NCBI GenBank assembly: GCA_964016885.1 | Contig: CAXHJY010001265.1 | Span: 1-40,867 of the forward strand | Reading direction: 5' to 3' | Source of the DNA: Eledone cirrhosa | Taxonomy: Eukaryota | DNA: 40,867 bases | Shown here: piece by piece, positions 1 to 13,527 of the stretch | Layout of the letters: every line of letters starts with the position of its first letter | Position numbering within the stretch: the first letter of the stretch is position 1 | Notes under the pieces: generated by a model | Seen by the model: the letters and a program-made list of their open reading frames with translations, nothing else | What the model was told of the DNA's origin: nothing | The model's database searches: none | Position numbers and translations under genes: made by a program

Positions 1-920
<920 letters not shown>

Positions 921-1130
921 CATCATCATCATCATCATCAGCGTTTAACGTCCGTGTTCCACGCTTGCATGGGTTTGGACGGGGGTAGTCCCACTTGAGG
1001 CAAGAGTGATTGTCTTGCTCGCATAGGACTGTCTGGCAGGTTTTCTACAGTTGGATGCCCTTCCTAACACCAACCACATTTACAGTGTGGGTCTGGGAGG
1101 TTTTTACCGTGTTGCCTACACGGCCACATT
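921..1130 (-). mobile_element. 3' end of a non-LTR retroposon (RTE-partner SINE-like) with a (GAT)n tail
   Basis: (CAT)n followed by gcgtttaacgtccgtgttccacgcttgcatgggtttggacgg and ggatgcccttcctaacaccaaccac. Resembles a common octopus interspersed repeat (recalled, not searched). Confidence 0.6.
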
Positions 1131-1279
1131 ACAGCGTGGACTGTGTGTTTTTTTGTCGTGACACCTACACGATCTCATTTGTTTCGGCCTCGATGGCGCG
1201 GCACCAACATAACTTTACATAGAACGGGGTGGTGTGGATCGGGTGGGGGTGGTGGGACGGGGTGTATTTGTTAGAGATG

Positions 1280-1326
1280 CTATATATATATATATTTATT
1301 TATATATATATATATATTTATATATT

Positions 1327-1401
<75 letters not shown>

Positions 1402-1466
1402 ATATTTATATATTTATATATATATATATATTTATATATATATTTATATATATATATATTTATATA

Positions 1467-1514
<48 letters not shown>

Positions 1515-1670
1515 TATATATATATATATTTATATATATATATATTTATATATATTTATATATATATATTTATATATATATATATTTATTTATATATATA
1601 TTTATTTATATATATATTTATTTATATATATATATTTATATATATATATTTATATATATATATATATATA

Positions 1671-1746
<76 letters not shown>

Positions 1747-1803
1747 TATGTATGTATACGTACATACATATATGTATACAGACGTACAGTAGCATGCACA
1801 CAT

Positions 1804-1837
<34 letters not shown>

Positions 1838-1852
1838 TTATATATATATATT

Positions 1853-1924
<72 letters not shown>

Positions 1925-1981
1925 TATGTATGTATACGTACATACATATATGTATACAGACGTACAGTAGCATGCACACAT

Positions 1982-2050
<69 letters not shown>
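1280..2050. repeat. (TA)n/(CA)n tracts with a duplicated ~60-bp spacer
   Basis: taagtatgtatgtatacgtacatacatatatgtatacagacgtacagtagcatgcacac occurs at 1743, 1921 and again at 2432. Confidence 0.95.
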
Positions 2051-2052
<2 letters not shown>

Positions 2053-2203
2053 GGTACACATACATATATGCACGCATCAGTTTAGCCGACGTTTATTATA
2101 ACGCAGCTTTGTTCGTTTGTTTGTCAACAAACAGAACAGCCTGAATTTATGCCATACGGTGTTAAGGCAACCACGTCACCTTTTTGTTCAACACTGACAC
2201 AGG

Positions 2204-2248
2204 AACGATGTACTAGTTTCAAGCTTGTTAGCTATCATCAGCACCGTT
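2204..2248 (-). ncRNA. Minimal type I hammerhead ribozyme motif (family E)
   Basis: Minus strand reads AACGGUG-CUGAUGA-UAGCUAACAAGCUU-GAA-ACUAGU-A-CAUCGUU: 7-bp stem I, AGCU/AGCU stem II (U.U at base), palindromic stem III, GUA cleavage triplet. Confidence 0.8.
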
Positions 2249-2366
2249 TACCCATCTGCCAGATAGTTGAACGTTCGAAAGTATATACTTTCCTTATGAA
2301 AATTAACGGCTGAGCAGCCCAATTTGCATATTGAGTGAGTTAAATCGGTCAGGCATACCGAAAACG

Positions 2367-2597
2367 ATAAGTTGAAAAAAAATGAAAACGAAATTTCATT
2401 TCTCACTCTTAGTATGGCACTTACTTAAATGTAAGTATGTATGTATACGTACATACATATATGTATACAGACGTACAGTAGCATGCACACATATATACAT
2501 ATACATATATGTATGTACGTATACATACATACTTACATTTAAGTAAGTGCCATACTAAGAGTGAGAAATGAAATTTCGTTTTCATTTTTTTTCAACT

Positions 2598-2600
<3 letters not shown>
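2367..2600. repeat. Perfect inverted repeat (101-bp arms, 32-bp loop) abutting (TA)n
   Basis: 2367-2467 is the reverse complement of 2500-2600. Confidence 0.95.
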
Positions 2601-2650
<50 letters not shown>

Positions 2651-2687
2651 TTATATTTATATATATATTTATATTTATATATATATT

Positions 2688-2718
<31 letters not shown>

Positions 2719-2752
2719 ATATATTATATATATATATTTATATATATATATT

Positions 2753-2802
<50 letters not shown>

Positions 2803-3177
2803 TATATATATTTATATCTATATATATATATATTTATATATATATTTTTATCTATATATATATATTTATATATATATATATATTTATATCTATATATATA
2901 TATTTTTATATATTTATATATATATATATTTTTATATATTTATATTTATATATATATATATATATATTTATTTATATATATATATATTTATTTATATATA
3001 TATATATATATTTATTTATATATATATATAAATTTATTTATATATATATATATATATATAAATTTATTTATATATATATTTATATATATATTTATTTATT
3101 TATATATTTATATATATTTATTTATATATATTTATTTATATATTTATATATTTTTATTTATATATTTATATATATAT
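2598..3177. repeat. Interrupted (TA)n tract
   Basis: TA repeat with TTTA interruptions. Confidence 0.97.
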
Positions 3178-3537
3178 TTTGTTATACTTTGGGAGGGCCA
3201 TGTTGCCAATAAGAAACACACGCACCGGTTGCTTTCACTTCAATTTATTATAATAAATTTATAATAAATTTATAATTTTCTGGTTGGTTGGTTGGTTCCA
3301 CAACCAGATAGTTGTTTATATATTGTCATAGTTCTTTCGTCAAACACTCTGTGACCTCTTCAGTGACTGGGGATTCCTTTCTTTGTTTCTGTGCCTCTCC
3401 TTTGTTCTGTCCTACGCCATTTTGTTTCTGTCCTTTTTTTGTTTCTTATTGGCAACATGACCCTCCCAAAGTATAACAATATCGATTTTAACACACGATT
3501 TCAGATAAAGAATCTTGCTAAACAAATTCAGAAACGA

Positions 3538-3541
<4 letters not shown>
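3178..3541. mobile_element. Truncated Penelope-like element (family A), 3' region with an inverted terminal segment
   Basis: 3178-3430 matches 5850-6100. 3440-3541 is an inverted copy of the 3' end plus a ~60-bp extension matching 5788-5849. Flanked by (TA)n on both sides. Confidence 0.8.
3325..3367 (-). ncRNA. Minimal hammerhead ribozyme motif (family A)
   Basis: GUCA-CUGAAGA-GGUCACAGAGUGUUUGAC-GAA-AGAACU-A-UGAC. Confidence 0.65.
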
Positions 3542-4752
<1,211 letters not shown>

Positions 4753-4753
<1 letters not shown>

Positions 4754-4920
4754 AGGATGAATTCAGTTTGAAACTGGTTAGCCAATTACTCAAGAGTACT
4801 CGATACTTGGGGTAGTATCGTATGGTTATAGTATAAGGAGTCGGAGCCCGACGGCTGAGCTCTTGCTATATTTCAACAGCTAGTTCTAGACTCTTCCTAG
4901 AACAGTCTGGAACTAGCTGC
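4753..4920 (-). mobile_element. (TA)n-abutting repeat family D, probable PLE terminus, with internal hairpin
   Basis: Shares gagtactc(g/a)atactt(g/a)gggtagta with 12801-13149 and 28650-28727, and cccgacggctgagctc with 12801-13149. Hairpin cagctagttctagact/agtctggaactagctg. Confidence 0.55.
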
Positions 4921-5996
4921 TATATTATTGTTGAAAAACTGGGGCGGTAGGGGTACAAATGTACAAATGAAAAAAAATATATATATTTGATCAGTTTAAT
5001 TTTACTGTTTCTTCACCAATGGTCATTTAGCCCATTCTACCCTATCTGACCATCACAACAAAACCTCCAATATCATTCTCACTCTATCACATTTTCATCT
5101 TAGTTTTCACTTTCCTATCATCCAAAAATGACATGTACCCTATTTTGATTTAGACTTCTTCATTTATATATATTCTCTTATCACTCTACTCACACTATCA
5201 CCCACTCTCTCTCCCCCTCCCCCTCCCTCTCTCTCTCTTTCTCTTTCTTTCTCTCTCTCTTTCTCTCTTTCTTTCTCTCTCTTTCCCTTTCACTCACTCA
5301 CTCACTCACTCACTCACTCACTCCACACTCACTCTCTCCACACTCACTCATCATCATCAATAGACCTATCGCTGAATACCAGAATATTCCCCAGGAAGTA
5401 AGGACTTATTGTAGAGATTTGAACTATTAAAGAAACCAAACACCAGTGAAGTCACCCCCCCCTCTCTCTAAAAGAGAGAGAGAGAGACGGAGAGTGAATA
5501 TGAAGGATGTAAAGAATAGACGAGCGAGAGCTATGAAAGGATAGTGAGAGAATGTGACGAAAGGAGAGATGTAACGAAAGATATAGAGAATAAAGACTTA
5601 CATGCCAACACGAGCAAGAATGAGGGGCTCATTTTACTGACATGGCTTTAAAAATGAGGCTTGTTTGCATAATTGCAAACGAATCGAATATTATTATTAA
5701 TATTCGAAAAACTCAGATTACATTTTTTGTATTCAGCCATGTAGAGCGAAAAAAAAAAATGTTTTTAAAATTATATATATATATATATATTTCGTTTCTG
5801 AATTTGTTTAGCAAGATTCTTTATCTGAAAACGTGTGTTGAAACCGATGTTGTTATACTTTGGGAGGGTCATGTTGCCAATAAGAAACACACGCACCAGT
5901 TGCTTTCACTTCAATTTATTATAATAAATTTATAAATTTAGGAATTTATAAATTTCCGGTTGGTTGGTTCCACAACCAGATGATTGTTTATATATT

Positions 5997-6039
5997 GTCA
6001 AAGTTCTTTCGTCACACATTCTGTGACCTCTTCAGTGAC
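5997..6039 (-). ncRNA. Minimal hammerhead ribozyme motif (family A)
   Basis: GUCA-CUGAAGA-G-GUCACA-GAAUG-UGUGAC-GAA-AGAACU-U-UGAC; same sense as the adjacent GIY-YIG fragment. Confidence 0.7.
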
Positions 6040-6220
6040 TGGCGATTCTTTTCTTTGTTTTTGTGCCTCTCCTTTGTTCTGTCCTACGCCATCTTGTTTT
6101 TGTGTGTGTTGTGTGCTTAGTTTGCGCATGTTACATCCGGGTGTCTGTGTGTGTTTATATTTATTTACATGTTACTGGTTGTTTGTTTGTTCTATGTGCG
6201 TGTGTGTTTTCATTTTGTCC

Positions 6221-6416
6221 TTAATTGTAAGTTGTGATGTTGCTGTTCCATTCATATTTTCTATTTAATTTTGGTTGGAGTTCATTTATGTTTATTGCCT
6301 CTGTGATTTGTCTAAACATTGCGTCTTTTCTGTGTGTAGATTCTATTTTTATTTCTATGTTCTCTAATTTACCCTTATGTTCTATTTTAGCATGTTGGTA
6401 GAGTACAGACGATTCT
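6221..6416 (-). pseudogene. Inverted second copy of the GIY-YIG fragment
   Basis: Minus strand reads ...RQITEAININELQPKLNRKYEWNSNITTYN*. Confidence 0.8.
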
Positions 6417-6419
6417 AGG

Positions 6420-6656
6420 GAACGGATAAATGAACACTGGCGAGACCTTCAAGATAGTAAAGAATCGTCTGTATTCTACCAACATGCTAAAATAGAACAT
6501 AAGGGTAAATTAGAGAACATAGAAATAAAAATAGAATCTACACACAGAAAAGACGCAATGTTTAGACAAATCACAGAGGCAATAAACATAAAAGAATTAC
6601 AACCAATATTAAATAGAAAACATGAGTGGAACAGCAACATCACAACTTACAATTAA
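6420..6656 (+). pseudogene. C-terminal fragment of a Penelope-type GIY-YIG endonuclease
   Basis: Manual translation ERINEHWRDLQDSKESSVFYQHAKIEHKGKLENIEIKIESTHRKDAMFRQITEAINIKELQPILNRKHEWNSNITTYN*. Shows the R-x-x-EH, H-x4-H, R-x3-EA-x-x-I and LN-x-K-x-EW motifs of PLE endonucleases. No start codon (5'-truncated). Confidence 0.85.
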
Positions 6657-6839
6657 GGACAAAATGAAAACACACACGCACATAGAACAAACAACCAACC
6701 AGTAACATGTAAATAAACAAATATAAACACACACACACACCCGGATGTAACATGCGCAAACTAAGCACACAACACACAAAAACAAGATGGCGTAGGACAG
6801 AACAAAGGAGAGGCACAAAATCAAAGAAAAGAATCCCCA

Positions 6840-6882
6840 GTCACTGAAGAGATCACAGAATGTGTGACGAAAGAACTTTGAC
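6840..6882 (+). ncRNA. Minimal hammerhead ribozyme motif (family A)
   Basis: CTGAAGA at 6844-6850, GAAA at 6869-6872, stem I gtca/tgac; about 185 nt downstream of the endonuclease stop codon. Confidence 0.7.
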
Positions 6883-7530
6883 AATATATAAACAATCATC
6901 TGGTTGTGGAACCAACCAACCTACCGGAAATTTATAAATTCCTAAATTTATTATAATAAATTGAAGTGAAAGCAACTGCTGCGTGTGTTTCTTATTGGCA
7001 ACATGATCCTCCCAAAGTATAACAATATATATATATATATATATATGAATGAATGAAAGGGTAGAGAGATAGATGATAACGAAAAGAGAAGAAAGTGTAA
7101 GAGGAGAGAAGGTTGAAAGTGTAGACAGAATATGAAGAATAGACGAGAGAGATGAAATGATAGTGAGAGAATACGAATAAAGATGTGACGAAATATAGAG
7201 AATAATGACGATGAATGAACGGATAGAGAAAGAATATGAAGAGAGTGTGCATGTAAAAATGGAGAGTCGTGGAGAGAGAGAGATGACTGTAACTAGAAGA
7301 AAAAAGCGAAGTTTTGACAAAAAGTGTTTGGTTGTGCTGTTTTAGTTTTTCTTTATATGGAAAAAGAAGCTTGTTTGTCATAGCGTGTCAAGGATAGCGA
7401 GTTACTAAAATTAGTCATTATTGATCATGTTGGTTGTTGTTGTTATTGCTTTATTTCATTTGTTTGTTTGGCATAGTGTGTGCGCGCTTTTCTCTTTGTC
7501 TCTCAGTCAGTCTGTATTTACCCATCTACA

Positions 7531-7533
<3 letters not shown>

Positions 7534-7577
<44 letters not shown>

Positions 7578-7677
7578 CTCACCCTCTCTCTCTCTCCTTC
7601 TCTCGCTCTCACCCTCTCTCTCTCGCTAATTCAAACGTTTTGATTAAACGTGCGAACGTACATGTGCGTGCGCTTTA

Positions 7678-7728
<51 letters not shown>
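7534..7728. repeat. (CT)n and (GT)n microsatellites
   Basis: Direct reading. Confidence 0.95.
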
Positions 7729-7731
<3 letters not shown>

Positions 7732-7872
7732 ATTCAAATTAAAACATATATATATATATATAATCTTTTTTTTTTCCTTGTCGATCGACTTTCCTCAAAT
7801 AGGACCGAGGAAACAACGTTTCCGTTGGTCTTTCCAATTGCTAATAATAGCTATCGGTCGCAACTCCAGGTA

Positions 7873-7975
7873 GGAGCAACATGAAAAAAAGGTGTCTTGC
7901 TCAAGGGCATAACGCATCGCCCGGTCCAGGAATCGAGCTCACAACCTCACGATTGCGAATCCAGTTCCCTAACCA
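7873..7975 (-). mobile_element. tRNA-derived SINE 5' part (CORE-like central motif)
   Basis: Reverse complement gives tggttaggg...gctcgattcctgg...cccttgagcaagacac; homologous to 13194-13320. Confidence 0.75.
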
Positions 7976-7995
7976 ATCAAACACACACACACACA

Positions 7996-8043
<48 letters not shown>

Positions 8044-8044
8044 C

Positions 8045-8185
8045 ATGGAAACTATATTTATAAAACCATATTTATTTCATTATACATATTTCAAGGACAC
8101 CAAGTCAAATTATGGTGCGCTTTCATCAGATAAAATATAATATAGATCAGTTTTATAAATATGGTTTTATAAATATAGTTTCCAT
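8045..8185. mobile_element. Short hammerhead-bearing fold-back element (family B)
   Basis: 30-bp perfect inverted repeats 8045-8074/8156-8185 enclose a hammerhead; homologous to 28471-28600 and 29043-29353. Confidence 0.8.
8073..8137 (-). ncRNA. Minimal hammerhead ribozyme motif (family B)
   Basis: UAUUUUAU-CUGAUGA-AAGCGCACCA..UGGUGUCCUU-GAA-AUAUGUAU-A-AUGAAAUA. Confidence 0.8.
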
Positions 8186-8609
8186 TTGTTAATATATCGT
8201 ATTTTTACTCCAATAATTTGTTGAGTGCTTTATATCAGTTATAAAAATATTTGCTTTTAATTTGAATTATTGATTCTTTGGGCAAATATCCATTGAGCTT
8301 TTCTCCTGAGAAACATAATCATCATGCATATTATATATATATATATGTGTGTGTGTGTGTATGAGGCATGTATGTATTCACGCACACACATTAACATTAA
8401 CATTTACCTTAATTGCCACTGGGGCGATTTAATAACAAGAACACTCTCGTCCTTCCCTCTTCTCTCGTTTGTAAACTTATTCTTATGCACACATGCAGAA
8501 AGCATTACTTGATTGGTTGGTGAATTTTGTTGAACAAGCGTGAGCGCGCCTCGTCTGCTTCTGATGTAGAACTAGAAGCATATTTTCTTTCATAATTCTT
8601 AATAGCAAT

Positions 8610-8640
<31 letters not shown>

Positions 8641-9036
8641 AGTGCTAGAGTGAGAGAGATGTGGTGGGGACGGTGGAGCACTATCTATTTCTATCTAAAT
8701 ATCCTCTGAGAAATAGAAAGACACATGAAACTCAATAAGAAATGTTTCTAAGATTCTGATTTAAAACATTTATACTCCTCCTCCCTCCTAGTCTCTCCCT
8801 GTCTTGGATCAATTAAGATTTATTGTCCTCTGGTGTGGGTGTATTTGTGTAACCAGGTATTTTATGGTGGAGCTGACCCCCGTGTAAACACCCACCAGGT
8901 GAAGTTCAATATAACATTTTAAATGTTTCATTTATAAGACATACATGCGCGCACGCTCGTACACTTTCTATCTCCCCCCCCCCCCATCTCAATGGTTGAG
9001 AAAGTACGATAAGGTATTATTATTAGCCAATCCAAA

Positions 9037-9613
9037 GGGCAGTGGATTGGCAGTATCGGTAGAGGGTCGGACGCCATGCTTTGCAGCATAGAGTTACGGC
9101 TCTTTATGATTTGAGCTCAAATCCCGCCGAGGTTAACTTTGCCTTTCATCCTTATGGGGTCGATAAAATAAAGTACCAGTCACGCACTGGGGTCGATTTA
9201 ATCGACTTTCTCCCCCCCCCCCCCCCAAAAAAAAAAATTTACTGGCCTTGTGCCCATATAAGAAACCATTATTAGCCAATCCAAAGGGCAGTGGATTGGC
9301 AGTATCGGTAGAGGGTCGGACGCCATGCTTTGACGCATAGTTACGGCCCTTGCCATTCTGAGTTCAAATCCCGCCGAGGTTAACTTTGCCTTTCATCCTT
9401 ACGGGGTCGATAAAATAAAGTACCAATAATGCACTGGGTAATTTCTGGCCTTGTGCCAAAAGTAGAAACAACTATTAGTCAATCCCGCCAAGGTTAGCTT
9501 TAACTTTCATCCTTACGAGGTCGATAGAATAAAGTACCAGTAATGAACATGGGTCGATTTAATCGACTTTCCCCACCTCCAAAATTGTTGGCCTTGTGCC
9601 TAAATCAGAAACC
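9037..9613 (+). mobile_element. Three tandem copies of the dominant tRNA-derived SINE
   Basis: A-box-like tggcagtatcggt, B-box gagttcaaatcc, tail ggccttgtgcc..agaaac. Copies at ~9037, ~9286 and ~9480, separated by attattagccaatcc-like sequence. Confidence 0.9.
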
Positions 9614-10232
9614 ATTATTAGCCAGTATGTCACGCGGTCAGATCTGCTTCAGTTGCTTGTTTCCTTTTTATTCTCTTTAAATATAGCACCTACAGTAATG
9701 CCACACCCGAGATATCAGTCACCATCAGAGACACACATTAACAAAATACCGGGAACTTACAAACCATTAAAGTTATCCTCATTGAGGTTAATCTCATAAA
9801 AGATTAAGACTATGGTGTTTATACATGTCTGCGCATGTCACCACCATTCTAATCCACTCTCTAAGAGGAGATATGATTGAAAAATAGAAAATATTAGCAC
9901 ATTATTCCAGATAAATGTAATGACTTGTAAAATATGAATGCTAGTTCACTGTTCCAATCTAAAAACTCTTGGAAATTACAACTTTGGAGGAAATAGATGG
10001 AACTGGAGACATGATACATTTAAAATGATGAAAGGACTTGAAAATATGCAGAAGAGTTCATCCATCGCCATCACACTTCTTTCTTTTTGGGGTGGGGGTG
10101 GAGGGTGAGGAAGGAAAAGGACCCTAAATATCATGAAATATATGGTACAAGTTGTTTGTCTTACTTTACTCTAGTTTTCACTCTTCTATTTCTAACTTGC
10201 ATTGTGCTGGCTTTCCCCCGAATAATCCTAAC

Positions 10233-10436
10233 CACATATTTCACTATGTTTCATATAAACTATATCATGTTCTTTGTTAGGGACGACATAACCGAAGGCG
10301 GAATGGTAGCGACTATCGCTCCATTTAGAGCGCATTATGTTGGGAGAACAAGTACCATACTTTGCGGTGATGCTGCCTTGACAGGAGCTTTCCGCTGACT
10401 CTTCAACACACAATGTGAAGGCGTGTGTGGTGCATG
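10233..10436 (-). CDS. Candidate internal exon (204 nt, phase 1-1), unknown Cys-containing product
   Basis: Unique high-complexity sequence; acceptor ttttatattttacatctAG, donor GTtagg; open frame CTTHAFTLCVEESAESSCQG...MKHSEIC. No homology recognised. Confidence 0.35.
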
Positions 10437-10636
10437 CTAGATGTAAAATATAAAATTTGGTAATGGAAGCCCACCTTGTGTGAAATGTAGGCTTAATCAA
10501 AGCTGGTAACTGATCCAGGCCAGATGTAAAAGACGTTTCTGGTAATAAACCCAGACCAGATGTCAAATGTAATGGACATTTCTAATAACAGACCCAGACC
10601 AGAATGAAATGAGATTGGTAATGGGCCCATGCTAGC

Positions 10637-10795
10637 TGTGAAATGTAGGCGACCCCAAAGCAGATAATAGGACCACGTTAACTGTGAAATGTAGGCCACC
10701 CCAAAGCAGATAATTGAACCACGTTAGTTGTGAAATGTAGGCCACCCCAAAGCAGATAATTGGACTAAGCTAGTTGTGAAATGTAGGCCACCCCC
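10637..10795. repeat. 46-bp minisatellite (~3.5 copies)
   Basis: tgtgaaatgtaggc starts at 10637, 10683, 10729 and 10775. Confidence 0.95.
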
Positions 10796-10878
10796 CATTT
10801 CCAAACTATTTTAGTAATCAGTGTTAAAACATGATTTATTTATAGGTTACATGTAAATGTAGCGTGTATTGATGTGTT

Positions 10879-10911
<33 letters not shown>

Positions 10912-11104
10912 ACGTGTATATATTAAACAGCCCCCCTCCCCCCAGAAGAGAAAAGAAATCATGACCGCAGGTCAACTGGCTCTCCTGCCAACTCCTCTGG
11001 CCTGATCAACTACCCCTTTCCTCCACCCACCCCGTATTAGTGGCCTTGTGCTCAAGTTAGAAATCAAGGTAAAAGGATAGATTCAGCTGCAACACACTTG
11101 CGCG

Positions 11105-11365
11105 CACACACACACACTTTCCCTCTCTTTCTCTTCCTCACACACACACACTCCCTATCTTTCTCTTCCTCACACCCACTCCCTTTTTCTCTTCCTCACA
11201 CACACTCCCTCTTTCTCTTCCTCACACACACTCCCTCTTTCTCTTCCTCACACACACTCCCTCTGTCTCTTCCTCACACACCCTCCCTCTTTCTCTTCCT
11301 CACACGCACACACACTCCCTATCTTTCTCTTCCACACACACACTCGCTCTCTTCCTCCTCACATC
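11105..11365. repeat. ~26-bp CT/CA minisatellite
   Basis: Repeated ctttctcttcctcacacacactccct. Confidence 0.9.
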
Positions 11366-12109
11366 CAATACACTCACACCAATGGACAATCAAAATACAT
11401 CTGTAAGCTAATGTCCTAATTGGAGACACACACATGCACACACACACACACACACACACACACTATCACTCAAACTCACATACACACTGTGTAAGAAGAG
11501 ACAAGACAACGTCCCCGTTGTTAACGTAACAAAGCAAATCTCACACAACAGAGGGAAGAAGAAAAAAAAGAAAGGTATATAACGGAGTGGCGATGGACGG
11601 TGGTGTATGATGACGATGATTGTGGCGGCAGCGGTGGTAAGCAAAGATGAATGAAAATTAATTATTTAACAAATAAATAATAGAATGAACGAAAGGCAAG
11701 AATGCTGTAAAGTACAACTTGTCATAGTTCTCTCTGTTTGTCTATCTGCCTATTTCTCTCTCTATAACTAGATATATATATCTTCTCTCTGTCATTGTAT
11801 CTCTCTCACTTCCTATATCACTCTTTGTCTCTATCTCATTGTGTGCCAGCCTATCTCTCTCTCTCTCCCTCTTTCTACCCGTCTCTTCTTTCTTCCAACC
11901 CCCTTCCTCCACCAGTCTCTCTCTCTATCTTTGTCGCCCCCCCCCCCCCCTCTCTGCCTTTTTATGTCTATCACCCCATCGTCCTCTCCTCTGCTGCTTG
12001 TCTCACTGTCTCTGTCTCCCTCATCCTATCTCTCTGTATTTCTGTCTCTCTGGCAATTTCCCTATTTTTGCACATGTGTGTGTTTGTATACCTGTATGTG
12101 TGTTAGTGT

Positions 12110-12385
12110 TGATATCTATTAAGCTGACTACGTTTGTATGTTTCCAGGTGTGTGTGTGTATGCGTGTCTGTTTCTATTGTGTATATATGTTTATCAAATT
12201 GTGTGACTGCATGTGTGTGTCTGTGTATTTCTATTGTGTATACATTGTCTATCAAACTGTGTCTCCAGGTGAGTATCTGTCTGCATGTGTGCGTGCGTGT
12301 ATCTATTTCTATTGTGTGTATATGGTTATCAAACTGTCTGACCGCAAATCTGTATGTGTGTCTCCAAGTGTGTGTGTGTTTCTAT

Positions 12386-12392
<7 letters not shown>
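12110..12392. repeat. Degenerate minisatellite (tttctattgtgt...atcaaactgt), units of roughly 60-80 bp
   Basis: tttctattgtgt recurs four times. Confidence 0.8.
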
Positions 12393-12434
<42 letters not shown>

Positions 12435-12739
12435 GTGTCTGTCTGTCTGTGTGTCGCTTTTCAGATATTTTGATCTTTAGATAAATATTCTTTGTGTGTG
12501 AGTCGGAGCTCGACGACTGAACTCTTGCTGTTTACACACACACTCACACACTGTGTGTATAACTGTATGTGTGGTAAATTATTGTTCTAGTCACAGCCAT
12601 GCTTTTCTGTCCCCCCCCCCCCCCTCCCCTGTATTTAGTAGTCAGGTTGATGGATGTAGTGTGCTAGAAATGTGAGATGAACCCCTTCCACTCTTTTATT
12701 ATGGCTGTCCCTAAACCTCTACTTTAATCTGGGTGTTTG

Positions 12740-12800
<61 letters not shown>

Positions 12801-12803
<3 letters not shown>

Positions 12804-12942
12804 CGAAGGAAATGTGGTAAGGAACCAGGTGGACCATAACGCACCAAAGTACTCAATACTTAGGGTAGTAGAGTGGGTAATTCTGGACGCGTCCAGAATT
12901 AGCCGTCGAAACGGCTTGAGCTCAGCCGTCGGGGTCTTACTT

Positions 12943-12984
<42 letters not shown>

Positions 12985-13147
12985 CAAAGGAATTGTGGTA
13001 AGGAACCAGATGGACCATAACGCACCAGAGTACTCAACACTTAGGGTAGTAGAGTGGGAAATAGGAAAAAGTATGACCCCGACGGCAGAGCTCAAGCCGT
13101 TAGCCGTCGAAACGGCTTGAGCTCTGTCGTCGGGGTCATACTTTTTA

Positions 13148-13149
<2 letters not shown>
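12801..13149. mobile_element. Two rearranged family D copies separated by (TA)n, each with an internal inversion
   Basis: 12801-12876 is duplicated at 12982-13058. Hairpin aaaaagtatgaccccgacggcagagctcaagccgtt / aacggcttgagctctgtcgtcggggtcatacttttt at ~13066-13146. Confidence 0.7.
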
Positions 13150-13193
<44 letters not shown>

Positions 13194-13194
<1 letters not shown>

Positions 13195-13527
13195 AAGATG
13201 CGTGACTTAGTGGTTAAAGAGTTGGGCTTGCAATCGGGAGGGGGCTAGTTCGATTCTCCGAACGGGTGATGCGTTGTGTCCTTGATCAAGACACTTTATT
13301 TCATGTTGCTCCAGTTTCCTCAGCTGTAGAAATGAGTTGCGATGTCTCTGGTGTCAAGCTGTATCGGCATTTGCCTTCCCCTTGGACAACATAGGTGGCG
13401 TGAAGAGGGGAGACTGGTATGCATGGGTGACTGCTAGTCTTCCACAAAAAACCTTGCCCGGACTTGTGCCTCGGAAAGGAACTTTCTAGGTGCAAATCCC
13501 ATGGCATTCGTGACTGATGGGTGGGAG
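13194..13527 (+). mobile_element. Near full-length tRNA-derived (CORE-like) SINE
   Basis: A box gtgacttagtgg, B box agttcgattc, central gtccttgatcaagacacttt. Confidence 0.85.

Larger units (their letters stand above)
5786..7025. mobile_element. 5'-truncated Penelope-like retroelement with inverted duplication (1.2-kb palindrome)
   Basis: Arms 5849-6416 and 6461-7025 are reverse complements around a 44-bp loop. Contains a GIY-YIG C-terminal fragment and a hammerhead in each arm; (TA)n at both ends. Confidence 0.9.

Noticed and set aside
5480-7320. Similar purine-rich stretches either side of the big palindrome (5480-5600, 7050-7300)
   Set aside because: Low-complexity GA-rich similarity; cannot define an element or TSD.
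9037-9613. tRNA genes or CRISPR-like repeat arrays
   Set aside because: The A/B boxes belong to SINE heads without a complete cloverleaf; repeats lack unique regular spacers, there are no cas genes, and the DNA is eukaryotic.
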